From: Eledone cirrhosa | Taxonomy: Eukaryota | Assembly (NCBI GenBank): GCA_964016885.1 | Contig: OZ024740.1 | Coordinates: 340,318,001 to 340,382,000 of the forward strand | Reading direction: 5' to 3' | Length of the DNA stretch: 64,000 nucleotides | Part shown: piece by piece, positions 26,383 to 40,556 of the stretch | Position numbering within the stretch: the first letter of the stretch is position 1 | How the letters are laid out: each line of letters starts with the position of its first letter | The notes under the pieces: model-generated | Database searches by the model: none | The model's input: only the letters and a program-made list of their open reading frames with translations | What the model was told of the DNA's origin: nothing | Translations under genes and position numbers: made by a program

Positions 26383-29289
26383 TCCAGTGTATGGATGGAT
26401 GACTTATGAAACAAACATTTTAGGATTAGAGAGGGTGTTGACCCGATGAAACGGTTATAAGTATCTATATGACAAAATAATAGAAATTGAATGAATAGCA
26501 GAACTGTGATAGCTCTTAGTATAAAATTAGGAGTAAATAAACTACATGACAGGTTTTGATACCACGATAAATAATAAATCAAGGGTACTATGCTAAGTGT
26601 TAGTTGTGGTACCACGATAAAATGTACCTAGTATACTCTACAAATTGATTGGCGTTAGGAAGTCTACAGAACTGCCAACCTCTAAAAACCCAAATTGGGA
26701 GTACCATGAAAAAAAGTGTCCCAAAACGGGGAGAAAAGAGGCAAAATGGGGAGATTTTACATAATGAAAGCTATACCCATTTTTACAAAAGACATCTCTC
26801 ACCCACCCCAAAGTGGGTGGGAGATCTCCCCGTCCGACAAGGAGCGTTGACAGGTATGAGTCTATGCAGCTAGCTGTAGAAACCATGCCAAACGTTGGAC
26901 ATATTAACAATGCGGAACTTCCAACTCATGTCTCAGACGGTGACAAACCGTCCAACTCATGCCAGTATGGGAAAATGGACGTATGATGATGATGATGATA
27001 TTACAGCAAAAACTGAAGAATGTATCAAAAGAATTATTGATTATCAAGAAGTGTCCCACCAACAACAGAGACCTCATGAGATGTTTTGATGATGTAACTA
27101 TATCGTTTGAAAACCATCGAGTGACGAATCAACGAGGGAGCCTTCCATGCGCTCGTTCGACCAGCTAGAAGTAGCAGCTAAATCTTCCTCAGATTACACC
27201 CCTCTTGAAAAAGAAAAGACGTGTCGGGCAACGTGTGTGTGTGTGCACGCGTATGTGTGTACATGTATATAAATATATATACATGTATATAAATATATAT
27301 ACATGTACAAAATACACACACAACCCAATACATACACACTTAATACGTAAGTACTAATACAGAAACACACAAACCCATAGTCAGGTGAGATAGGTAGGTA
27401 GAAATAGATAGACCATTGTCTACACAATCTACAGGCATATGACAATGAGTCAGTAAGTAGTAGTAGTAGTAGAGGAATATGGGCGTCAACCACCAAAATA
27501 AAAAATGAAGCGGTTCTTAAATAAAATAGAGGAGGAGGTTAACTGAACATCCGACAGGTCTTATAAACAATATGGAGAGATTAAAGGGTCCGGAATGGAA
27601 CCCCCTCACACACACACAAAATCATGTGAAGTTTAGCCGTGAAAATCTAAAATGCAGTTTATTTTTATCGGTGACATATACATACTATTTACTTTCTCTC
27701 TCTCTCACTGCGCGCGCGAGTGTATATATCTGGTTCAGAATTGGTACACTGTATTTCAGTGAGTTGTAAGAGGTAATTAAAAAAGTTGATGCCAAAAAGG
27801 GCCATAAGACATTAGCTCAAAAAGGTCCCCATAATGAGCATGATTAAGCTAAAAACACTTGTTACCGCTGCTGCTGCTGCGTGTGTGCGTGCGTATATCA
27901 ACCCATGCCAGCATGTAAAACTGACGCCCACATCCCGCTCCCCCCCCCAAAAAAACAATGTACTGCCAGGCATCACTCTCTTCAAGGCCAACCCACAACA
28001 CAATGCTTTCCCCATCACATCCTTGATACCCCTTCCGTTGTCCAACCCATGCCAGCAAAGAAAGATGGTGCACCCCTCAATGTGCTGCCAAACGTCACTC
28101 ATTCTCTTCAAAGCTAACCACATGACCCAATGCTTCCTTTCTTCTCTCTATCTCCAGCTGTTGGATTACTACCTCTTTCAGCAAGCAACAGGTAACATGC
28201 CCCTCTCCGACTTCCCTCTCGTTTTACACCTCCACTGCCATATTTAGTTGAGGCCCCAATGTGCACTCTAGTACTGTAAAAGTGGTAGCCTTGGTGCCAT
28301 GATAAATGCACCCAGCCCACCCTGTAAGTTGGTAGTGCCAGTGCCACAATAGTACACACTGTAAATTGTTTGATGTTAAGGAATCTCATCCAACCATAGA
28401 AACTATAGCACAATAGAACAACCAGCAAGGCGTGGTCTTCTGTCAAATCTCAGTACATGACAATCAGTCTAACTTATGCCAGCACGGAAAATAGATATAA
28501 AACGGTAAATTACGATTACAATATATAATGTTGTTGTCAGACAACTCCTGGAAATGAAACACTCTTGCTATTGTTAGACTCAACTTGCAAAATCAATCAG
28601 TTGTTGAAAAGCTTTTTAAAATCCATAAGGCAAGTATAGAAAAGTTGAAGGGGATTTATAAACAAATGGTGGTCAAATATTTCAGTAGAGGTTAAATAAG
28701 GCACTAAAATCCTATATAGCCTTCTTTGGCTTATGATCTCTTGTATAGTTAGTTCATTTAGAATCCAATGAAATAACACTCATTTAAAAACTCAAAGTAT
28801 CCTGCAGCAATGAAAGGAACATTTAGTGTCATTTTTTCAATTCTTCAATGGTAGATAAAGTAGATATATTGTACTTCATCATATGGATTAAAAGCCCACA
28901 AATTATGAAGCAGCACTAATAATTAAACAGATCAATACCAGCAAGGCATTATTATACTACAATATTGTATATTATATTATTGTTCCTAGGAGAGTATAGG
29001 GAGCAGAGTCCTCAGACATGCCTTCCATAGAGTCATATCAGACGCATCATCTCTAATTGATCCAGCTATATCCTCAAGCAAGACCAACTGTTATCCAGCC
29101 ATCTTATTCATAGGCTACTTTTGGGTCTCCTGTCAGTTGGATTTGCCCCATAAAATCTGTCCAGCAATGCTTTCTTTAGACATTCTAACCATGTGTCCAT
29201 AGTACCAGAGCTGTGATCTCTCATTTGCAAAAGTATTAAGCTCTATTTGGAATGATTTCCTTATCTTCAAGCTATATTATATTTTACTG

Positions 29290-30595
29290 GCAGGACAACA
29301 GGATTAGGTGGTATCCAAGTAAAACTACTGCAAAATGGGGGTGAAAAGGTTTCATCTACCATACTTAATTTGATAAGAGCTGGGAAGGAACTCTTAGAGA
29401 GCAGAACTGAATTGGAGTCCGTTGAGAACGTCCTATCTATACTGATGCTGAATTGATTAATGAAGGACATTTGGTTTTAGATCAAGAAAGAGTGTCGTAT
29501 CGACATGATCTCCACAAGACAACTTCAGAAATGATGCATTGAACAGCAAATACCATTCTATTAAATCTTTATTGACTTAACCCTTTTATAACCATATTTC
29601 TAATGAAATATACTCTATTTCAATTAATCAATTTGAGGAATTTATTAAAATTATGTCATTACTAAAACAGTAACTTAACATATAGTTCTTATAAAATTAT
29701 ATTGGATGATTTTACTTAAATAAGAACAACCCTTTATATTGTGTGGTTTTGTTTGTAGAGCCAGAACCAGTTTTGGCTGGGTAGGTATCAAAAGGTTTAA
29801 CAAAGAAGCATTGTGGAAAATTGGATAGCCCACCAAAATTTGTGAATATGCTTAATGAATTAAATTGTAACATGAAAGTTCACATTTAAGAGGTAACTTT
29901 CTAATAAAATTGCTGTAAGCAATATCCCTGCTCTTAATCTATTTTCAATATACTTTGCCATACTTCTTACTTGCATTTCAAGAACATGATATTGGTGTCC
30001 ACTTGAAATTTAGAACAGGAATTTGTCTTTGATCAAAGAAGATTCAACTATAAGATTCAAAACTTTAATTCAAGAACTATTTATAAAGATGATGCTCATT
30101 TTGTTGCTCATACTGAAAATTACATATACTGATTCTCTGCTGCATATGTTGCACTTGACTTTGCAATGAGTTTGAAGAAGTCAAAGATGTCTCCTGCACC
30201 ATGTGAGCTCTATATTGAACAAAATATCCTTGTGCATGACATCAGATTAGAAGTTGTGAACACATTCTTATACCTTGTCAACAGAGGGATCTCAAGATGG
30301 TGAAATCCATTCACAAATTCAAGGAACTCATATGGCCTTTGGTAAATTAGAAAATAGGATGTGGTCAGATCATGACTTCATCATTCAAGCTAAAGTCTGT
30401 GTTTTCTATGTTATCTATAAGACATGTGTTCTGACAGTCTTTCTGTATCTACCCTAGACAGAAAGAGCATACAGTTAACATTGCAAGTTGCTTGTGAATT
30501 TTCACCAGAACTGTTTGAGGTTCATACTCAATATCAAATAACTGAACAGAATTTGACTGAACAATGAATGAGACAACTATCATCTGACAAGATAA
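29290..30595 (+). mobile_element. Highly decayed RTE-BovB-like RT region, interrupted by a MITE at 29577-29800
   Basis: Residual GFR..R...DMI...RQLQK.CIEQ..P....FIDL, P.KFVN, IQEL..DD..FVAH and AFGKLE.R.W motifs. Confidence 0.7.
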
Positions 30596-30601
30596 ACAAT
30601 C

Positions 30602-30629
<28 letters not shown>

Positions 30630-30633
<4 letters not shown>

Positions 30634-30763
30634 GTCCTCCCCCTATCCAAACTTTCCTGATGAAGGACTTCTCTCCGAAACGTTGAAACCTTCTCTACTT
30701 CCACCAAGCGTGAACCTAATATAACTGTAAAATTGCCTCCTGTGTTTTGTTTGTTCATTTTTC

Positions 30764-30766
<3 letters not shown>
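30630..30766 (+). mobile_element. Short Penelope-like (pLTR-type) remnant embedded in (TA)n
   Basis: 137-bp island between two (TA)n runs that contains a minimal hammerhead core. Confidence 0.6.
30652..30688 (+). ncRNA. Minimal type I hammerhead ribozyme
   Basis: TTTC-CTGATGA-A-GGA(CTTCTC)TCC-GAAA-CG-TT-GAAA: both core boxes, stem I TTTC/GAAA, stem II GGA/TCC and a palindromic ACGT in place of stem III. Confidence 0.7.
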
Positions 30767-30810
<44 letters not shown>

Positions 30811-31754
30811 TACTACATGAGAGATAAGTGATTGAAGACTTGCATGGAATGGAGAAGTTTTTTTAGCCTGTGGTAGACGGTTCTACCTGATGGAATGCAC
30901 TCAGTACCCTTTGAAAAGTGACAACATAAGTCAACATAAGATAAAGTTGATCGCTTGATCTTGACGAGGACTAGACAACCCCTCTAGAGCTGGTTCCAAA
31001 CAAAAAAGCACCCAGTACCTTCTGTAATGTGATTGATGATCGAATAGAGACAAAGACTAGAAAGAACTCTTCCGACTGGCTAACCACTTGACAACCTCTC
31101 CAGTATTGCTGTCACGATAAAATGCACCCAGTGCACTGTAAAGTAGTGGACATTAGGAAAAGCATCCAACCGTAGAAACTATGCCAAACATATAAGCAAG
31201 ATTTGGTTATCCGACTACGTTTTGTCTTGAACCGTGACGACACATAGCAATACAGAAAATGGACGTAAATGACGATGATGATGGCACATGTGCGTTTATG
31301 TTTGTATGATTATGTGTGTGTGCATGTATGGATGTTTCTTTTTATAATGTATAGATGCCATGAAACTGCCTAACTGCATTGTTGCACCCGTCTAAACACT
31401 TACCCCTGGAGGTGGGAGATCTCTACCACACACCTACATCTCCCATGACTACCTCAACTTCTATTTTAGCATTAACTCCAACTACTACTACTTACGCACA
31501 TATTTGCTCCCAAAATTAAATACTGACCATTGCTAAGCCTGTTAAGCTGGCGGTATTGGTTGTATATGTGTATATATTTATATAGATAGATAAATATTAT
31601 GCATGTATGATGAATATATCTATATTATGTGTGTTGTATATATATATATATGTGTGTGATGTGTATATATATATAATGTGTGATGTGTATATATATATAA
31701 TGTGTGATGTGTATATATATATATATAATATGTCTGATATATATATATAATGTG

Positions 31755-31791
<37 letters not shown>

Positions 31792-31794
31792 GTG

Positions 31795-31831
<37 letters not shown>

Positions 31832-31898
31832 GTCTGATATATATATATATATATATAATGTGTCTGATATATATATATATATGTATATATATAATGTG

Positions 31899-31937
<39 letters not shown>

Positions 31938-32012
31938 ATGTCTGATATATATATATATAATATGTCTGATATATATATATATAATATGTCTGATATATAT
32001 ATATATAATATG

Positions 32013-32067
<55 letters not shown>

Positions 32068-32173
32068 ATGTCTGATATATATATATATAATATGTCTGAT
32101 ATATATATATATAATATGTCTGATATATATATATATAATATGTCTGATATATATATATATAATATGTGATATA

Positions 32174-32812
32174 TAAACGAACTAAGGAAAAAATTAGAAA
32201 TAAGAGGGATCAGATGTTGTTTGCTAGAGAGAAGGCTACGTTGGTATGGTCACGTGATGCGCATGAAGGATGATAGCTGTATAACAAAGTGCAGGGCAAT
32301 AAAGATAGACGGTAGCCACGGAATAGGCAGACCCAGAAAAACCTGGGACGAGCTGATAAACTCTGACCTTACACACTTACACCTCACCAAGACAATGTCA
32401 CTGGACCGAGACCTTTGGCGGTACTCAGTAATAGAGAAGACCCGCCTTGCCAGTAGGCATCTCTAACAAAATACACCCCATCCCACCACCACCACCCCCA
32501 TCCACACCACCCCGTTCTATGTAAAGTTATGTTGGTGCCGCGCCATCCAGGCCGAAACAAATGAGATCGTGTAGGTGTCACGACAAAAAAACACACAGTC
32601 CACGCTGTAATGTGGCCGTGTAGGCAACACGGTAAAAACCTCCCAGACCCACTGTAAATGTGGTTGGTGTTAGGAAGGGCATCCAACTGTAGAAAAACCT
32701 GCCAGACAGTCCTATGCGAGCAAGACAATCACTCTTGCCTCAAGTGGGACTACCCCCGTCCAAACCCATGCAAGCGTGGAACACGGACGTTAAACGTTGA
32801 TGATGATGATGA
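32174..32812 (+). mobile_element. 5'-truncated RTE subfamily B copy
   Basis: Near-identical to 37014-37805, with a (GAT)n tail and TA on both sides. Confidence 0.95.
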
Positions 32813-32906
32813 TATATATATAATATATATATATATATATAATATGTGATATATATATATATATATAATATGTGATATATATATATATATATATATATAA
32901 TATGTG

Positions 32907-32973
<67 letters not shown>

Positions 32974-32976
32974 GTG

Positions 32977-33007
<31 letters not shown>

Positions 33008-33030
33008 GTGATATATATATATATATATGT

Positions 33031-33068
<38 letters not shown>

Positions 33069-33262
33069 ATATATATATATATATATATATATGTGATATA
33101 TATATATATATATATATGTGATATATATATATATATGTGATATATATATATATATATGTGATATATATATATATATATATATGTGATATATATATATATA
33201 TCACATATTATATATATATATATATATATCTATATATATCACATATTATATATATATATCAC

Positions 33263-33298
<36 letters not shown>

Positions 33299-33323
33299 AT
33301 ATATATATATATATATATATCAC

Positions 33324-33359
<36 letters not shown>

Positions 33360-33381
33360 ATATATATATATATATATATAT

Positions 33382-33419
<38 letters not shown>

Positions 33420-33464
33420 ATTATATATATATATATATATCACATATTATATATATATATATAT

Positions 33465-34490
33465 AACAAAGACTGGCTGTCCATGGGAACTTCTCTATGC
33501 TGACGATCTGGCTCTTATGGCAGAATCAGTAGAGGAGCTAGAGAATAAATTCCGGCTATGGAAACAGCAGTTGGAAGCAAGAGGACTGAGAGTAAATCTA
33601 GCTAAGACAAAAGTGTTGATGAGTAGAAAAGAGGACAAAACCCTGATTCCGTCAGGGAAATGGCCATGTTCGATATGCAGAAAAGGAACTGGCATAAATT
33701 CTATAAAATGCACACAATGTAGGTCCTGGGTACACAAGAGATGTAGCGGGATAGCAGGCAAACTAACAGGTAGGGAGAAATATGTATGCAGTAGATGTAC
33801 AGGGAAATTAGACAGTAGAAGTCGCACTGATAGACACATTTTTCAAATGCGAGAGGGCGCTATAGAAGTGGTGGATAGCTTCCGGTACCTAGGAGATCAG
33901 ATTAGCATGGGAGGAGGGTGTTCCGAGGCCATAGTATCTAGAATAAGGACGGGTTGGAAGAAGTTTAGGGAGCTGCTTCCTCTGTTGACGAAGAAGGGTT
34001 TCTCCCTGCGTACGAAAGGCCGGTTGTATGATGCCTGTGTGAGGAGCGCGATGCTGCATGGTAGTGAGACATGGGCAGCTACCGCAGAAGATATGCGACG
34101 GCTGGAGAGAAATGAGGCAAGCATGCTCCGTTGGATGTGCAGTGTAAATGTGCGTGAACGACCCAGCATAAATGTGTTGAGAGAGAAACTGTGTCTGAGA
34201 GGGATAGAATGTAGTGTACGGGAGAGGAGACTGAGGTGGTATGGACATGTGATGCGCATGGAGGATGACCGATGGGTGAAGAAGTGCCAGGAAATGCCAG
34301 TTGAAGGAAGACGTAGTAGAGGTAGACCACGAAAAACATGGGCGGAGGTGGTGAGAACAGACCTCAGATCATTGAAGCTCACGGTGGAGATGACGAGGGA
34401 CCGTGACGAGTGGAGAGATGCTGTGCTGAATAAGACCCGTCCCACCCTTGCAAACAGGGAAAAGCGGACGTAAAATGATGATGATGATGA

Positions 34491-34493
<3 letters not shown>
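33465..34493 (+). mobile_element. 5'-truncated RTE subfamily A LINE (ORF remnant 33517-34473: RT motifs 5-7, PHD-type finger, C-terminal domain)
   Basis: [22 protein letters not shown], a C4HC3 finger, VDSFRYLG and [11 protein letters not shown]. The stop codon abuts the (GAT)n tail. Confidence 0.95.
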
Positions 34494-34540
<47 letters not shown>

Positions 34541-34615
34541 CACATTATATATATATATATATCAGACATTATATATATATATATCAGACACATTATATAT
34601 ATATATATCAGACAC

Positions 34616-34658
<43 letters not shown>

Positions 34659-34712
34659 CACATTATATATATATATATATCACATATTATATATATATAT
34701 ATATAATATGTG

Positions 34713-34743
<31 letters not shown>

Positions 34744-34863
34744 GTGATATTATATATATATATATATATATATATCACATATTATATATATATATATATA
34801 TATATATGATATATATATATATATATATATATCACATATTATATATATATATATATATATATA

Positions 34864-34908
<45 letters not shown>

Positions 34909-34938
34909 GTGATATATATATATATATATATATAATAT

Positions 34939-34980
<42 letters not shown>

Positions 34981-35005
34981 GTGATATATATATATATATA
35001 TATAT

Positions 35006-37805
35006 ACGTACTAGACAGCGGAAGAGGACTATCCTCAGGAGAAAAATATGGAAGCTAAAGGACCCCATAGCCAGAAATAAATTTCAAAGCATATTACTTG
35101 ACGCTTTCGACAGTAAGAGCAATTAGAGTCGTATAATATAGAGGAACAGTGGGAATTCCTGAGAGCAAACCTGCTGACGGCGGCAGACGAAGTCTGTGGC
35201 TGGAGCAGGCCTGTAGGTAGGAGAAGAGTAACATGGTGGTGGAACAGTAAGGTGGAGGAGTCAATTAAGGCCAAAAAGCAGGCTTGGAAAGCATGGCGAG
35301 ATGGGGGAAGTAGAGAAGACTATCAGGTGGCCAGGAGGGAAGCTAGGAGACAAGTGTACTTCACAAGAAGGGAAGCAGAGGAAAGAAAGTTCAAGCATGT
35401 TCTACAACGTGAGGACCAAAAACGTGAGGTGTTCAGGATTGCCAGGCAATGTGTCAAGGAAAACCGTGATATTGTCGGGGAGAAGTGTGTGCTTAACGAT
35501 GATGGCATACTTGCCATCACCGACGCTGATAAGAAGGTAGCTTGGAAGTGTCACTACGAAAGGCTTCTAAATGAGGAGAACAAATGGGAGAAAGACAGTC
35601 TCCCCCACATCGACCCAATAGAGGGACCAGCAGTGTTAGTCCAGGGTAGTACAATAAGCAAGGCAATCAAAGATATGAAGACGGGTAAGGCGGCTGGTTC
35701 TTCGGAAATAGTTGCTGAGATGCTGAAGGCATCTGGTTCGGTGGGACACACCATGGTCACCCGGATAGTTAACCAAGTTGTACAGAATGGGGTTGTTCCG
35801 AAGGACTGGCGTAGCAGCATCATCGTTAACTGCTATAAGGGAAAAGGAGATGCCCTAGATAGGAGTAACTATAGAGGCATTAAATTAATCGACCAGGTCA
35901 TGAAGGTCACGGAAAAAGTAATAGCGCAACTAATCAGAGAGAGAATTGATCTAGATGAAATGCAGTTCGGATTTGTGTCAGGCAAAAGTACCACAGACGC
36001 TCTTTTCATTGTACGACAACTACAGGAGAAGTACCTAGCTAAAAGTAAACCCCTATACTTAGCTTTCGTCGACTTGGAGAAAGCCTTCGACAGAGTCCCC
36101 CGTTCCATTATCTGGTGGTCTCTTAGAAAACTAGGTGTTGACGAATGGCTTGTGAGAGCTATACAAGCCATGTATAAAGAAACAGTCAGTAAGGTTAGAA
36201 TTAACAACGAATATAGTGAAGAGTTTAGCGTAAAAGTTGATGTCCATCAGGGCTCTGTTCTTAGCCCCCTACTATTTATTATTGCCCTTCAGGCTATAAC
36301 AGAGGAGTTCAAGACCGGCTGCCCGTGGGAACTCCTATACGCAGATGATCTAACGCTCATAGCTGAATCAATGACCGAACTAGAGAAGAAATTCCAAACA
36401 TGGAAGCACGGCCTAGAATCAAAAGGCCTTAAAATTAACCTGGCTAAGACTAAAGTTCTAGTTTGTAGGAAAGAAAATATGGCGGCAGTCCCATCTGGGA
36501 AATGGCCATGCTCAGTGTGTAGGAAAGGCGTAGGTAGAAACTCCATTTTATGTCCCAAATGCAAAGTATGGGTGCATAAAAGATGTAGTGGGATCACAGG
36601 TAAGCTAACTAAGAACATAGATTTTACATGTGGCCGGTGCTCTGGTGCAATAAGTAGCAGCAAGTGCCCACAAAATACTAGCTCCTTCAACTGCGCAGAG
36701 GGTTCTATAGAAATAGTGGACAGCTTCCGTTACCTGGGTGACAAAATCAGCAGTGGGGGAGGGTGCTCTGAAAGTACAGTAGCTAGAGTCAGAACTGGAT
36801 GGAAAAAGTTCAGAGAGCTTATACCACTATTAGCCGCTAGAGGGTTCTCCCTAAAAATGAAAGGCAGGTTATACGATGCCTGCATACGAACAGCAATGCT
36901 GCATAGCAGTGAGACCTGGGCATTGTGTGCAGAGGATATACGCAGACTAGAGAGGAACGAAGCTTGCATGCTCCGCTGGATGTGCAATAGTAATATACGT
37001 GAACGGCAAAGCATAAACGAACTAAGGAAAAAATTAGAAATAAGAGGGATCAGATGTTGTTTACTCGAGAGAAGGCTACGTTGGTACGGTCACGTGATGC
37101 GCATGAAAGACGACAGCTGTATAACAAAGTGCAGGGCAATAAAGATAGACGGTAGCCACGGAGTAGGCAGACCCAGAAAAACATGGGACGAGCTGATAAA
37201 TTCCGACCTCACACGCTTACACCTCTCCAAGACAATGTCACTGGACCGAGACCTTTGGCGGTACTCAGTAATAGAGAAGACCCGCCTTACCTAAATACAA
37301 AGTAAAAACCTACTACAGTCAGTAGGCACCTCTATCAAAACACACCCCCGTCCCACCACCTCCACCCCACCCACACCGCCCCTTTCAATGTAAAGTTATG
37401 TTGGTCCCACAACATCCAGGCCGAAACAAATGAGATCGTGTAGGTGTCACGACAAAAAACACACAGTCCACGCTGTAAATGTGGCCGTGTAGGCAACACG
37501 GTAAAAACCTCCCAGCCCCACACTGTAAATGTGGTTGGTGTTAGGAAGGGCATCCAGCTGTAGAAAACCCGCCAGACAGTCCACGCTGTAATGTGGCCGT
37601 GTAGGCAACACGGTAAAAACCTCCCAGCCCCACACTGTAAATGTGGTTGGTGTTAGGAAGGGCATCCAACTGTAGAAAACCCGCCAGACAGTCCTATGCG
37701 AGCAAGACAACCACTCTTGCCTCAAGTGGGAAAACCCCCGTCCAAACCCATGCAAGCGTGGAACACGGACGCTAAACCTGATGATGATGATGATGATGAT
37801 GATGA
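35006..37805 (+). mobile_element. 2.8-kb 5'-truncated RTE subfamily B LINE lacking the APE endonuclease
   Basis: Begins in the EN-RT linker (RRKIWKLKD) with a frameshift near 35120. Contains a full RT, a 3' UTR of about 480 bp and a (GAT)n tail. Confidence 0.95.
35252..37294 (+). pseudogene. Non-LTR reverse transcriptase ORF remnant (680 aa) of the RTE clade
   Basis: NYRGIKL, QFGF, AFVDLEKAFDRVP, VHQGSVLSPLLF, YADD and FRYLG motifs. No true start codon, and substitutions at usually conserved glycines (DVHQG, LHSSETW). Confidence 0.92.
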
Positions 37806-37815
37806 TATATATATA

Positions 37816-38150
37816 TCATCATCATCATTTTACGTCCGCTTTTCCCTGCTTGCAAGGGTGGGACGGGAACTGATTCTGGCTTGATTTCTACAGCTGGATG
37901 CCCTTCCTAACACCAACCTCTTTTACAGTGAGTGCTGGGTGCTTTTTTGCCGTGGCACCTCCACGACCACTTTGCAGTGGAATGATAGGGACCCCAGTCC
38001 ATATCATCTCATTTCTACAGCTGAGTAAACTGGAGCAATGTGAAATAAAGTGTCTTGCTCAAGGAAACAACACATCACCTGGTCTGAGAATTGAACTCAC
38101 AACCTTTCGATTGCAAGGCTAATGCTCTAACCACTAAGCCAGGTGCCTCC
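37816..38150 (-). mobile_element. Young RTE-tailed SINE
   Basis: Near-exact reverse complement of 17590-17926, lying tail-to-tail with the RTE-B element. Confidence 0.93.
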
Positions 38151-38174
38151 ATATTTATATGGTGCCTCCATATT

Positions 38175-38511
<337 letters not shown>

Positions 38512-38514
38512 ATT

Positions 38515-38563
<49 letters not shown>

Positions 38564-38566
38564 ATT

Positions 38567-38685
<119 letters not shown>

Positions 38686-38924
38686 TTATATATATTTATA
38701 TATATATATATTTATATATATATATATTTATATATATTTATATATATTTATATATATATATATTTATATATATATATATTTATATATATATATATTTATA
38801 TATATATATATTTATATATATATATATTTATATATATATATATTTATATATATATATATTTATATATATATATATTTATATATATATATATTTATATATA
38901 TATATATTTATATATATATATATT

Positions 38925-38957
<33 letters not shown>

Positions 38958-38982
38958 ATATATATTTATATATATATATATT

Positions 38983-39035
<53 letters not shown>

Positions 39036-39607
39036 TTATATATTTATATATATATTTATATATATATTTATATATATATATATTTATATATATATATATT
39101 TATATATATATATATTTATATATATATATATTTATATATATATATATTTATATATATATATATTTATATATATATATATTTATATATATATTTATATATA
39201 TATATATTTATATATATATATATTTATATATATATATATTTATATATATATATATTTATATATATATATATTTATATATATATATATTTATATATATATA
39301 TATTTATATATATATATATTTATATATATATATATTTATATATATATATATTTATATATATATTTATATATATTTATATATATTTATATATATATATATT
39401 TATATATATATATATTTATATATATATATATTTATATATATATTTATATATATTTATATATATATATATATTTATATATATTTATATATATATATATTTA
39501 TATATATATATATTTATATATATTTATATATATATATATTTATATATATATATTTATATTTATATATATATATTTATATATATATATATATAATATATAT
39601 ATACATA

Positions 39608-39654
<47 letters not shown>

Positions 39655-39674
39655 ATATAGTATATATATACATA

Positions 39675-39713
<39 letters not shown>

Positions 39714-39774
39714 TAATATATATATATACATATATTTATATATATATATATATATATATAATATACTAGACTAT

Positions 39775-39980
39775 ATATATGAACTATGACTATATATATA
39801 TAAACAACTATCTGGTTGTGGAACCAACCAACCAACCAGAAATTTATAAATTTGTAAATTTATAAATTTGTAAATTTATAAATTTGTAAATTTATAAATA
39901 TATATTAAATTAAATTGAAGTGAAAGCAACTGGTGCGTGTGTTTCTTATTGGCAACATGACCCTCCCAAAGTATAACAAT
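39775..39980 (+). mobile_element. 3'-terminal remnant of a Penelope-like element related to the 45972-47773 element
   Basis: Ends GTGCGTGTGTTTCTTATTGGCAACATGACCCTCCCAAAGTATAACAAT, compared with GTGAGTGTGTTCTGTTATT...GGCAA...ATGACCCTCCCCAAATATAACAAT at 47711-47776. Confidence 0.65.
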
Positions 39981-40018
39981 ATATATATATAAATATATAA
40001 ATATATATATATATAAAT

Positions 40019-40049
<31 letters not shown>

Positions 40050-40511
40050 AATATATATATAAATATATATATATATATAAATATATATATAAATATATAT
40101 ATATATATAAATATATATATAAATATATATATAAATATATATATAAATATATATATATATATAAATATATATATATATAAATATATATATATAAATATAT
40201 ATATATATAAATATATATATATATAAATATAAATATATATATATATAAATATATATATATATAAATATATATATATATAAATATATATATATAAATATAA
40301 ATATATATATATATAAATATATATATATAAATATAAATATATAAATATATATATATATATAAATATATATATATATAAATATATATATATATAAATATAT
40401 ATATATAAATAAATATATATATATATAAATATATATATATAAATATATATATATAAATATATATATATAAATATATATATATAAATATATATATATAAAT
40501 ATATATATATA

Positions 40512-40543
<32 letters not shown>

Positions 40544-40556
40544 AATATAAATATAT

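Noticed and set aside
33495-37014. Antisense ORFs of 79-182 aa overlapping RTE copies (also 5302-5694 and 40606-41127)
   Set aside because: These are opposite-strand shadows of the RT reading frame and have no independent motifs.
35006-37805. Active autonomous LINE
   Set aside because: It is 5'-truncated with no endonuclease, has a frameshift near 35120, and has substitutions in conserved motifs.
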